This document shows positions 20,065 to 31,100 of a DNA stretch of 64,000 nucleotides, in pieces. Position numbers and translations under genes: made by a program. The stretch spans positions 32,001 through 96,000 of the IMG/VR virus record IMGVR_UViG_3300010346_000241. One strand, written 5' to 3'. Source of the stretch: a virus. Lineage: Duplodnaviria; Caudoviricetes. Position 1 is the first letter of the stretch. Every line of letters begins with the position of its first letter. The notes beneath the pieces are model-generated. The model was not told where the DNA came from, made no database searches, and saw only the letters and a program-made list of their open reading frames with translations.

Positions 20065-22209
20065 TTAGTTGTTTAAGTCCTCTGGCTTCTCAATGATTTC
20101 GAAGAGAGGTTTAGTCTGTACTTCACTCTCTACCTTCTCTGCCATGTAAACCTGCGGCTGAACATGAGCAAACATGTCGAGCTTACTAGGTGCTGTCTTT
20201 CTGAAGGAGATTGGTTTGTACAGTGTACGAGCAAGGTTCTCATACTGCATTGTAACCTGAATGCTCGGATTGGCCTCAAGAGCCTGACGAAGAGTGAGTA
20301 TTCTATACTCCTGATCTGGATAGTCCCAGTCTGGCTTGAGAAGAATATCGTCTATAGCTCTGATCTGGTTCATGATTATGATCTCTGCATGGACGGAACG
20401 GATACCACCCATACCACAATCAATAAGCTTGTTGATGAAGTCTCTAAGAATCTCATGTCTTGTATAGTTACAAGTCTTTGTCTTGAGATTGATGATTGAC
20501 ATGACTTCTTTCAGATTCTTACCAAGGTCATCATTATAGATACCTACACCAAAGACAGGTATTCTAGACTGCTGAAGATCTGTGATAGGAATGAAGATGT
20601 CTGTCTCATCCTCATACTGCTTAGAATTGATTAGCTTACAGAACTCATCCTGGAGATACAGACACTCATTGTTAGTACCATGAATCTCTATAACTTCTCC
20701 CTCTGGAGTTATGATCTCGAACTGAGTGATGTAATCTCTGAGTATATCGAAGTCGTCGCCATCACTATCGCTATCGCTCATAGATACAACTGTTTCTGTA
20801 TCTACGCTGTCTCTATCGATATGGATCAGCCACTTCTTACCACCCAGGAATTCGCTGTTTACATAGATATCCTCATCGTCGAATGTAAAGAACTGATCGA
20901 ACTGCTCCTGAGGAATACTCCACTCAATCTTACTAATCTTAGCCTCAAGAAGATGCTTAGCAGACAGCATAAGCTGAGTGAGAGTCTGTGAGATTAACTC
21001 TGCGGCAATCTTACCAATGTTTACGATGCGATTGCCCATAAAGAGATTTCCATAACACTTCCTACAAATGCCCTGTCCTCTGGCTGCGCTTGCGCAAGTG
21101 ATGGGAGATCTCAGATAGATTGTCTTACCCACAAGATCATGTCTAAGAGTATTGAGACAACCAGTGTTATACTCCATTCCATCAGGATGAAGTCTGAAGT
21201 ATCTATCCTGATACATCTCAATATTCTCTTCAGTAAGAGTTACTTCAACGAAGTTCTTGGTATGACAATCATAGTCAGGATCAACGTTGCCGAACTCATC
21301 TGTATAGAGATTCGTATCTATCTGGTTAAGACCAAGTACTCTGGCGAAAGCACCTGAATATGCTGTGTTCTGCTTGGACAGAATCTGAGCCTGACGTCCA
21401 ATTCCTGCTTCAGCGACCATCCATTCAAAACGGTTAAGACCACCTCTCATATAAGAAGCGTCTATAGAGTGTGGGAAGATTCCTCCCTCACCGTTAGGCT
21501 TGATACCAATGTTAGAGATCATCTCTCTAAACTGCTTTGGCTTTACGCCTACCTTAGCCCTGAAAGCATCTGCAAGACAGTGGTCTCTTCCAATCCACTT
21601 CTTACTCTCAAGGATAAGCTCAATGATTCTATTACAATCCTTCATTGCTTCGGCGTTCATCTGATCGGCAGGAAGGTTTGAATAGTCCTTATGCATCAGC
21701 TCATCAAACTCAGGACAAGCATTAGCCATGAGAATGAAGTCCTCATGATTGATTGAGTTGTTGTAGAACAGAGCAAACTTTTCAGCGAACTTAAGAGTCT
21801 TATGATTATTATAGATCATCTCATTAAGTCTCTTAGGATCCATCGTTTCTCTGTTAGGTATGATAGCGTACTTGTTGATGTAGTTTGCTATAGCCTTCTT
21901 ATCTATTCCCTTCTTACAGAAGAACAGATGCCAAGGCTTAAGTGTATGTCCTGCTTCAAGAACGAAGCCCCACATACAAAGATTGACCATAAGATCTGGT
22001 AATGTGAGTCTTACACTCTTCTTATAGTCTCTGAATGTGACTGTTACTTTAGTCTGCATTAGCGGTTGTTCGACGTTATCTGTAATCAGATTCTGCAGAC
22101 CTATACGATAGTCATTAAGTTTTGTGTTGTCGAGATTTTCGGCTACAATCTCAACAGGTTGATTCTGAAGTAAGCATGTCCATACTCCATATAAATCGGT
22201 TCGTGTCAT
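20065..22209 (-). CDS. phage multisubunit RNA polymerase, beta-prime C-terminal subunit (probably non-virion RNAP)
   Basis: Bridge helix SKQNTAYSGAFARVL, Zn site RSPITC...ICRKCYG, NIGKIAA, trigger loop LTQLMLSAKH, and SVHAEIII. No DxDGD motif, so the subunit is split. Confidence 0.88.
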   Translation of the reverse strand: MTRTDLYGVWTCLLQNQPVEIVAENLDNTKLNDYRIGLQNLITDNVEQPLMQTKVTVTFRDYKKSVRLTLPDLMVNLCMWGFVLEAGHTLKPWHLFFCKKGIDKKAIANYINKYAIIPNRETMDPKRLNEMIYNNHKTLKFAEKFALFYNNSINHEDFILMANACPEFDELMHKDYSNLPADQMNAEAMKDCNRIIELILESKKWIGRDHCLADAFRAKVGVKPKQFREMISNIGIKPNGEGGIFPHSIDASYMRGGLNRFEWMVAEAGIGRQAQILSKQNTAYSGAFARVLGLNQIDTNLYTDEFGNVDPDYDCHTKNFVEVTLTEENIEMYQDRYFRLHPDGMEYNTGCLNTLRHDLVGKTIYLRSPITCASAARGQGICRKCYGNLFMGNRIVNIGKIAAELISQTLTQLMLSAKHLLEAKISKIEWSIPQEQFDQFFTFDDEDIYVNSEFLGGKKWLIHIDRDSVDTETVVSMSDSDSDGDDFDILRDYITQFEIITPEGEVIEIHGTNNECLYLQDEFCKLINSKQYEDETDIFIPITDLQQSRIPVFGVGIYNDDLGKNLKEVMSIINLKTKTCNYTRHEILRDFINKLIDCGMGGIRSVHAEIIIMNQIRAIDDILLKPDWDYPDQEYRILTLRQALEANPSIQVTMQYENLARTLYKPISFRKTAPSKLDMFAHVQPQVYMAEKVESEVQTKPLFEIIEKPEDLNN

Positions 22210-22267
22210 TGTCCTCTACCTCCTTAGTATTGGATAGTTTCAGTATAGGTAAACCTCTACTGTCGCT

Positions 22268-22282
22268 CCTATAATATACAAC
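22268..22282 (-). promoter_or_regulatory. early-type promoter motif upstream of RNAP subunit
   Basis: Minus strand GTTGTATATTATAGG. Confidence 0.6.
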
Positions 22283-22297
22283 GAAAGGCGTGATTGA

Positions 22298-22320
22298 GAG
22301 GGTAGGCAATGCCTACCCTC
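22298..22320. terminator. hairpin identical to 14118-14140
   Basis: GAGGGTAGGCAATGCCTACCCTC. Confidence 0.65.
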
Positions 22321-22327
22321 CATTCGA

Positions 22328-22774
22328 TTAGTCTCTGTGAGAGATGTCTGCAGCCTTAAGCATCTTAGGCTTATTGACATTCTTGAGATACTCCTTCTGG
22401 CCGATTCTTGCAACCTTCTGAGCTCTTGAGTTGTACTTCTTCTCAATAGCTGCGAGAAGCTTACGCTCCCTGATACGGTTGACCTTAAGAGCCTTCCAGA
22501 GAGGATCGTTGTTATCCTTAGCAAGCTGAAGAGCAGCCATAGTTGTACGTCTGCTGATGTCGTCGTTCTTGTTAAGTCTAACAAGTGTCTTGCGGTTAGT
22601 GATGTTCTTCTTCTCGAGAAGAGCGATCTCTGCTGATTCGAAGAGTGCTTTCTTTTCCTCATCGCTGCAGTTAGCGAAATCATCGTAGAAGAAAGCTTCC
22701 ATGAGTGCGTCCATGTCTACGTCGATAGCCTCAACTTCAGGACTTACTCCAGTTGACTGTGAATATATTCCCAT
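22328..22774 (-). CDS. small putative head protein (acidic propeptide, basic mature part)
   Basis: MGIYS N-terminus, LME/LFE/LLE sites and a K/R-rich C-terminus. AAGGAGG RBS; late motif AACT-N6-TA at 22829-22840. Confidence 0.6.
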   Translation of the reverse strand: MGIYSQSTGVSPEVEAIDVDMDALMEAFFYDDFANCSDEEKKALFESAEIALLEKKNITNRKTLVRLNKNDDISRRTTMAALQLAKDNNDPLWKALKVNRIRERKLLAAIEKKYNSRAQKVARIGQKEYLKNVNKPKMLKAADISHRD

Positions 22775-22866
22775 GTTTGGATTCCTCCTTGTTTAGTATA
22801 TCTGAGTGGTGTAATTGCCACTACTGATTATATAATAGTTCTGTCAGAACGACTAAAAAGAAGGAA

Positions 22867-22893
22867 ATGGGTAGGGAAGAACTCCCTACCCAT
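22867..22893 (-). terminator. terminator after DNA polymerase gene
   Basis: ATGGGTAGGGA-AGAAC-TCCCTACCCAT. Confidence 0.65.
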
Positions 22894-22897
22894 AGCC

Positions 22898-25054
22898 TTA
22901 CAGAGATACAATGTTTGTGAAGTTCACATTCTTCTTCTCTCGTCTATCTATACCAAGAGCTTCTACTGGGAATGTAGCAATGTTATCATTGATAACCTGA
23001 GTGTAGTTGATGAATGGCTTAACCCACTCTGGTACATCTTCTTCAGAAAGTATAGCGATGTTACCACACTCTCCCTTGAAGTCCTTTGATGCGAGCATCT
23101 TTACTGCTCTCTCATACACATCTGGGAAAGTATCTTTGATTTGATCAATATTCTTCTCAGTCATGTCTGTCTTGATGATCAGAACAGTGTTACGTGTAGT
23201 AAGGTCGATGATTGGCTCATTGTCTCTCCTGAGTAGATTATACGCTACAGCCGCCTTGATGGTATACTGACCCATAGGATCTGCATAACCAGACGATGCC
23301 TTTATACGCTGAGGTTTGAAGTAGCTCTTATCACCCGCCATGAGAGAGTCGTAGATCATCTTCTCAAGAGCAGCAAGCTGTTTGATGATATCTATCTGAG
23401 AGATCTGCTCTGCATTGAGCACGAAGTACCATAGGATTTCTTCAATTCTTCTCGCTGTCTTCTCAGGTATTCCAACCTTACGGATAGGCATACCCTTAAC
23501 ATCAAGAGCTTCCTCAAGAGGAATGAATGCATTCTCCTGACGTTCCTGATAGCAACAATAATTTTTCTTTACCATTGTAACCAGTGCCTGCTTGAGCTGG
23601 AACTCATTCTTGAGTATGAAGAATGACTTACGTATCTTACCATCTGCTGTCTTGATAGCGTTAGAGTTTGTAGAGTACCTTGTCATATAGTCAATCGACA
23701 GACGACCCATTATATGAGCAAGTACATTGATAAGTGAACAACGATATCCTGCTGTAGGTCCTACAGAATTATCATCACTCAGAGTCTGCTGAAGATCGAT
23801 AACTTCATCCTTGAAGAAGTCATAGTCATACGAATGAACATCTGCTCTCCATACCTTACCCTCATTGTTCTGCTCTATCTCCTTAATCCTCATCGGAATG
23901 GAGTAAGTCTTATCAAGAAGATAACGATACCATCCATCGAAGCTAATGAAGCAAGAGTCAGTATCTGTAAGGATAGATACAGAACGAACCATGTTCTCTG
24001 CTCTGTCGAGACGATCCATATACTGATGACCATAGTATACATACTCCTTAACGAGTTCATATACTTCATCAAGCGCTGCTTTGATCTGATCTGCAAGATG
24101 ACTAGCTTCTTCTTCAGTCATCGGGTTATCAGTATCCTTAAGAGCATCATAGATGTCCTTAGCATTAGGAGTCTTGTTCGGATCCATGAAGTGTATCGGA
24201 AGCAAACTGAGGAAGTATACAACCTTATCCATAACGTACTTATTGTCGAAGAAGTAGAAGAGGTTGTTCTTAAAGAAGATACGATTAAGGTCTTCCTGGT
24301 CAAGCTGATTGATGATATCCCATACAATCATCAGATCCTTCTCTGAAGGTCTGTAGTAGAAACCGCATGTACATATAAGCTGACAGAATACATCGTATGC
24401 TGATACTGGCATATCGATGACATCATAGTCATTATACTTACGAGTAGGTCTCTCACGACGAACGTTGTTAATGAATTGTACAATCTCATTGAGTGAACCA
24501 AACTTAACGTTGTTGTTAAGAGTAGCCTCAAACAAGAGAAGTGCTGTAGCAATACAGTTCTGACCCTGCATTGTGATAGACGATGCAACGTTAACGTTAT
24601 AGAAGATAGATGTATGATTACCACTAGCTCCATAGATAGCATTTGCAGATACCTTCTCTGAAAGCTGAAGGAGGTTGTACTTCTCATACATCTCTGATCC
24701 CTTAGGATATTTAAGCATCATTCCCTTATACTCAGCTCTCTTAGTCAGGAACTCCTGAATGAGATCTACATATGGGTTAGGGCAAGTGCCATGCTTCTTG
24801 AAGAGAACACCAGATACAGTTACTATCGGTTCTCGTTCTATGATATAATTCAGGACGTTGTAAAGTGTAGTGTCCTGCTGATTGTGTGTATAATTATTGT
24901 CCAGTTTCACTGGTGTGTCAGAAAATCTTTTAGCTATAGAGTAATCTATAGCTGCATCAATATCTGCATCGAACAGTCTTGGGAATGACAGTCTCAATGC
25001 TTCTTTCATTTCAGTCTTATAGATGGTAAGACCTTTGTTTGATATAGGTATCAT
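22898..25054 (-). CDS. family B DNA polymerase, motif B/C-containing part of a split enzyme
   Basis: Motif B QLSEKVSANAIYG, SITMQGQ, motif C LTDTDS, KKNY and DVKGM. No exonuclease domain or motif A in the ORF. Confidence 0.85.
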   Translation of the reverse strand: MIPISNKGLTIYKTEMKEALRLSFPRLFDADIDAAIDYSIAKRFSDTPVKLDNNYTHNQQDTTLYNVLNYIIEREPIVTVSGVLFKKHGTCPNPYVDLIQEFLTKRAEYKGMMLKYPKGSEMYEKYNLLQLSEKVSANAIYGASGNHTSIFYNVNVASSITMQGQNCIATALLLFEATLNNNVKFGSLNEIVQFINNVRRERPTRKYNDYDVIDMPVSAYDVFCQLICTCGFYYRPSEKDLMIVWDIINQLDQEDLNRIFFKNNLFYFFDNKYVMDKVVYFLSLLPIHFMDPNKTPNAKDIYDALKDTDNPMTEEEASHLADQIKAALDEVYELVKEYVYYGHQYMDRLDRAENMVRSVSILTDTDSCFISFDGWYRYLLDKTYSIPMRIKEIEQNNEGKVWRADVHSYDYDFFKDEVIDLQQTLSDDNSVGPTAGYRCSLINVLAHIMGRLSIDYMTRYSTNSNAIKTADGKIRKSFFILKNEFQLKQALVTMVKKNYCCYQERQENAFIPLEEALDVKGMPIRKVGIPEKTARRIEEILWYFVLNAEQISQIDIIKQLAALEKMIYDSLMAGDKSYFKPQRIKASSGYADPMGQYTIKAAVAYNLLRRDNEPIIDLTTRNTVLIIKTDMTEKNIDQIKDTFPDVYERAVKMLASKDFKGECGNIAILSEEDVPEWVKPFINYTQVINDNIATFPVEALGIDRREKKNVNFTNIVSL

Positions 25055-25159
25055 AGTTTTCCTCCTTGTTCATAATCGTCCCAAACACGTACGATTATTT
25101 GATTATTTAATGGTTGAGTGTTCTCTAATAGTATACAATCGTACCAATTTGGAGGGAGG

Positions 25160-25171
25160 AACATCTTAGTA
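25160..25171 (+). promoter_or_regulatory. late promoter motif AACA-N6-TA (tape-measure gene)
   Basis: AACATCTTAGTA. Confidence 0.75.
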
Positions 25172-25195
25172 ATCTGACAGAAAGGAGGGAACCTT

Positions 25196-28100
25196 ATGCT
25201 CAATAAGGTAGCTCAATATGCTAAGAACGTTGGTAAGTCAGTCATCTATTCTGCTGCTGATGTAGCAGGAGAGATGTTTACCAACCCTAAATCATTCATT
25301 GAAGAGAACAATGAATCCTTAAAGGGCGTGTATAACTCGGTGCGAGACTATCGTACCACTTTTAAACGTGTCAAGGATAGGATTCAGAAGAGCGACGTTT
25401 ATGTAGCTGCTTCTGTAGGTGTAAACTCACTCATAGAAGATATCAAAACAGGCGACTGGTATGCTAAGGATCGTGAAACTAGACTCACTGAGAAGTTTGG
25501 CGGACTTGGTATCGGCGACGACTGGGATATGGATGGAGCTGAGTTCGACTGGGATAAAGAAGGTATGGATGTAAGCGATGGTGACAAGATCATTGCTACA
25601 GCTATCAAGAAGAATACTAAGCTCAATACGATGATGACTACTGATGCTATTGTCACTGTAGGCAAGGCTCAGATAGATGCATCTAGAGAGAATACTACTC
25701 TTCTCTTTATGCAGAACGAAAAGCTCATGGGATCAGTTAACAATGGATTCGAAAGAATCACTAGACTACTTTCTGATTCGGCTAATACCAATATCAAGAA
25801 CCAGCAGAAGACTTGGGAGAAGACTGCCAAGTTCTATGAGAAGATCGAGAAGAACACTAATACTATAGTCGCTCAGCTCGATGAACTGCTTAAGATGCAG
25901 AGAAATCTGTATGAAGACCAGCGTCAGAGTCAGAAGAAGGGGAACAAAACCACTGCCACTAGCGTAGTCAATGCTAATGGTATGCTTAACCTCAGAGATT
26001 ATAAGAATGCCATCAGAAAGAACCTCAGTGACACTATCACTGAAGCTACTGGTCTTTCTATGGATTCGTTTAAACTCGGCGATGGTAATACTCTCGCTCT
26101 CATGTTCGCTAACCCGATGAGAGACCTTACTCAAGGTTTTCTTAAGAAGAACATCAACAAGACCTTCAAAGCTTCAGCAAATAATCTGAATGAGGTTCTG
26201 GGTGGTCTTGCCTATACTCTCTTTGGTCAGTTGAACAACATGAAACTCAATGGTACTGGAATGAATAAACTTATGGGATCCATCTTCGGTATGAAGATGG
26301 ATAGAGAAGGCAACTTCGATACTTCTAAGTACACTAAGGGGCCAGTTCCATTCGACGGTATCACTAAGAAAGCTATCACTGAAGTTATGCCACATCATCT
26401 CGCTAAGATTGCTTCTGCATTGACAGGAGAAGACGAGGAGATCTTCGACTATAACAGTGGTAAGTGGACTACTAAGAGAGCTAAGTATAACGAGATTCTC
26501 AAGAATGAGAAGAATAAAGCTATGTCTGCTATGGGAGACTTCTTCTCTTATATGAAACAGGGTGTTGGAGGAGACTTCAACAAGATCATGAAAAGTAAGC
26601 AAGACGCAGATAAGTTCATCAAGGGACTCACTGCATTTGCTAATGCTTTCTATGAAAACCCAGACTTCAATATGCTTCGTAATCCTAGAGAGTACGGCAT
26701 TGATGAGGATGTAGCTAAGTTCATTCAGAAGAGTTTCCAGGAGACTAAGTATAACTATCGTTACACTAAGAAGAGAGACTGGAGATATGGTAATGGTACA
26801 GCCGTAAAGGACAGAGAACAGCAGAGAATTGCTGGTCTTGATTGGTCTAAGGGCAATCCTATACTGACTAGTAGAGACGATGTAACAGTTGTTCTCGCTA
26901 ATACTATCAAGAGTGTCTTCGAGTCTCGTAAGAGAAATGCAGACAAGAGAAAGGACATAGGAAACAATCCTCTGTCACTTGAACTTCTGTTTGCTTCAGA
27001 GGGTATCGACATCAATAAGAACAGCGGAGAATGGCTCGAACGCTTTAAGAACAAGCACGGTGATTATGATCAGAAGTCTATAATGAACTCACCTACTGCT
27101 AAGGCTATAGCTATGACTGCTGATCAGTACGGTTATACTATCTTCGATTACCTCAAGAATATCAAGCTTGACCTTGCTGGAATCAGAAGCAATGGCCTCT
27201 TCTCTATCGCACTTGGTGGTGGAGATCTTAATGATGCTAATACTTCTAACTCGTCAGAAATGTCATTTGAAGTGAAGGAGAAGTATGATTGGAAACGACT
27301 CCAACACGAAGGCGATAAACGTAAGCGTCATGATGAAGAAGCATTCAAAAGACGTTATGAGGAAGAGCAAGCTAAATGGGAGCAGAACGAAAGATATCGT
27401 AAGTCTGGAGATAAGCGTTATAATAAGAGACTCAGACGTCCTAACAGAGTTGATCTTGATGCTGATAATGTAAGAGGTCAGTTTGGTTCTATCCTCAATG
27501 ACATCACTGAAGAGTTCAAGAGAGATGAAGTTGAGCGTCAGAAGCAAGAGAAAGCTAATCAGAAGGACATGTTCGATGTACTTGAAGAGTGGGGCCTTAT
27601 TTCATCTGATGAAAAGAAAAATGCTCAGGCTGTCAAGTATGATAAGGAGAAAGACCTTAAGGAACAGATGAAGGCTGCTCAGGGTGGTAAGGCTAAGCTC
27701 TTACTTGCTAGAGCATACATGAAGAGTATTGCAGATAAACCTTGGCAGTATGCTACAGATGCTATGGTAAGTACTGAGGCTCTGATTCATGATATCTTCT
27801 TCAAGCATGCTTTCAAGATGAAGAATAACGACGGTGAGACTGTAGAAGAAAAGGGCCTGTTCGGAATGCTCCAGGAGAGCTTCAAGGGCGGATTCGATTC
27901 TCTTACAAATATGATCGGCACTAAGCTCGAGAACTTCTTTACCAAGGAAGATGGATGGTGGCAAAAGAATGTCGTTAAGAAGATCTTTGCTCCAGACAGT
28001 TTCTTTGGTCAGCTTAAGGAAGCTATTATCGGCAAACCTGATGGTGAAGGTTTCAGAACTGGTGGTGTTACTGGTTCTTTATTCGAAGCTCTTAAAAGAA

Positions 28101-31100
28101 ACGCACAAGGTTTAGCAGAAACAGCTAAACGTGATGCTAGATCTCTTACTGGTAAGAAAGATGAAGAAGAGTCTTCTGATACTTCATCAAACTCTTCTGA
28201 AAGTAATTCTAATAACCCAGCAGATTGGCAGGGAGTTAGAACTTTCCTGATTAGTGCATTCAGCTATAACATGTCACTCGACATGAAATATAATTATGCT
28301 GATGAGTACATTGCATGGGCTCAGAAGAAGAGATATAATCCTACTGCTGCTAAGAATCCTAATAATGTAATCAGGTACTTCACCAAGATAAGAAAGCCTG
28401 CATTCGACCAGACTATGTTTAACAGCAATAATAACTCACTCTTCAATGCTGCAAAGCTTGGAGAAGAGAGAAGAGTTGCTGATATTCTGTCTAGTAGAGC
28501 TGAATTCAATCAGACTCATGGAAAGTCTAGAGCTGATAAGAAGAATTATAAGTTCTATACAGAGTGTGAGAATGCTATAAGTGGACTCGGACACCCCGAA
28601 ATGAAGGATGAGTTCATCAAATTCCTCAAGCAGAACAATATCACCAGAGAGTCTATAGCTAAGGAAATCGGTGCTGTTGACTTCAAGAATACTACTCAGA
28701 TCACTGAGTATGCTAAACTTTTTGTCGCTAAGCTTACTGAAACTCATAAAGAGAAGTATGCTATGGAACAGAAGAGACTCTATCGTATAAACAATGTCAT
28801 TTCTGGTAATAGAAGATCAACTAGAGAACTTAAGGCTGAATATACTTCTAATCAAATCAAGGCTAACGAAGAGGCAGCTAAGGCAGCTAAAAGAGAAGCT
28901 GCAGAGAATAGAGTTCATGAGTCTATAGAAAAGGTTATCGGACCTTCACTTCAGAAGATAGTAGAACCTATCAAGAAGATCGCCGATTCACTTACAAGAC
29001 CTATAGGTTCCAATACTCCAGACGAAAATTCTCTGAACCCAATAAGACTCAATTCTAACGGAAGATATAACGCTGGTTATAACGAAAGATTTGGGTCTGG
29101 ACTTCCTGGTTCTGCTTACGGTGGTGTGGCTAAGAGCAACATGACATCTATCCTCTCTCCTGGCGAAATCGTTATGGGACGTGGAGGTTCTGGTGTTGTA
29201 CCTAAGATGGGAGTTTATGGACTCTCTAAGGGTGATGTAGTAATCAACCCTGCATCTCCTTCTAAAGCATCTAGACAGTATGCTGCAGAGCGTAAGTATC
29301 GTAACAAGCTTATGGCTAACGCTACTGTATCTGAAGGGACTGCCACAGATGAAAAGTCTATTAGACAATCTATCCTCGACTTCTTCAACAACGGAGAAAA
29401 GGTAGACGTTGCTACGGATTATCTTGCTAAGGCTGGTATCGGTGGAATTGCTGGTGCACTTCTCGGTATGCCGCTTCTCGGTGCTGGTCTTGGAATAGCT
29501 ACAGGACTTTCAAAGAGATCTAACGGATTTGCTAATGCTATATTCGGCGATCTTGGAGAGAATGGCGAGAGAGCTGATAATGGACTCATCTCCACAGAGC
29601 TTCAAAAGGCATTCCCAAGTATGCGTAAAGGGGCACTCCTGGGAGGAGCACTTAGTCTTGTTACACCGCTTGGACCTCTTGCAGGTATACTCCTCGGAGG
29701 AGCTGCAGGAATCGCTGAGCACGAAGGAATGTTTGATGGTCTTATCTTCGGTGAAGATAGTCTTCTTGGAGATAAGGAGAAGTTCAAGCAGAAACTTCCT
29801 AAGATAGGATTAGGAGCACTTGCTGGTGCTGTCTTCAGTCCTATAGGATTACTGCCTGGTGCATTACTTGGTAGTGCTGCAGGTATGGTAGCATCAACTG
29901 ACAAGTTCAAGGAGTTCATCTTTGGTAAGGAAGTTGATGGAAAGAAACAGGGCGGCGTAGTAGGTACTATTAAGAAAGCCATCAATCCTCTTAAGAACTT
30001 CGGTCAGGATCTTATCGAAAGCACTATGAGTGCAGTATTCGGTGAAAAGGTTCAGGACGAGAATGGTAAAGAGAAACGTGAAGGCGGACTTATGGGAGAA
30101 GTTAAGGATTGGGTAATCAAACCTTTCAAGGAAGGCGCAGAATCCATAGCTCAGTCCTTTAAGAACGTTGCTCAGGATATCAAGGATACATTCGCTGAGA
30201 AGATAGGTCAGCATTTCGAGAATGTATTCGGAGAGAATCTTGCTGCTCGTATAACAGACTTTCTTAGGAATCCTCTTAAGAAGATGATAGGCGGAGCAGT
30301 TAAGGTTGGCGGTACTATAGCACTGTCTCCATTCATGGCTGGAGCTCACATGATTAAGAGTGTGGGTAATAGACTTGAAAGAGGTCGTATACGTAGAGGT
30401 ACTGCTTTCAATAAGTCTGCTGAAGAGAGACTTCAGTATAGAGATCAGCATAAGTTCGGATTTGGCTTTGATGCTGTTATGAGAGGTAGAGGATTCAAGA
30501 ACGCAGAAAGTCTTGAGTTCGATACTAATATAGCAGACGTTGCTAGAGACAGAACTTCTACTCAGATAGGTGATATAGAAGCTCAGCTTGCCGCACTGAC
30601 TACTGGTGATCCATATAGAGATCGCTATAATCAGGCTAAGAATGACTTCTCCAACTCACTTCTTGAGTATATGAATACTGCTGATGCTGGTAGAGTAACT
30701 AAGATGCTCAGATATCCAGCTCCAGATTTCAAGGCTGCTCAGAGGTTTATCAAGAGCAAGGCTAAGGGTAGAGACGGAAGAACTCTTCTCGACAAGGCAG
30801 ATCAAGAGATCATACTTAAGGCTCTCGATCAGTTTAAGAAGGATACTCAGCGTATCATGCAACAGCAGCAAGTGTTCAAGAACACTAGCAAGGAGCAGAT
30901 GCTTGAGAATCTTAAGAAGGCTGGTATAAGCGAGAAGTTCCTTAAGAACAAGAAAGGTCTCGAGAAGCTTAAGAAGAACTTCCATACAGAATACAAATCT
31001 AAATATCATCAGGAAGCAGAAGATGGTATAGCTACACCACAGGGTAAGATCGAGAACAATGTAGCAGTTATCTCTGATCAGATTGCAGATCTCCCTGAGA

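Noticed and set aside
22240-22683. 147-aa Arg/Ser-rich overlapping ORF
   Set aside because: Alternative frame of 22328-22774, which has the RBS, the promoter and the MGIYS start.
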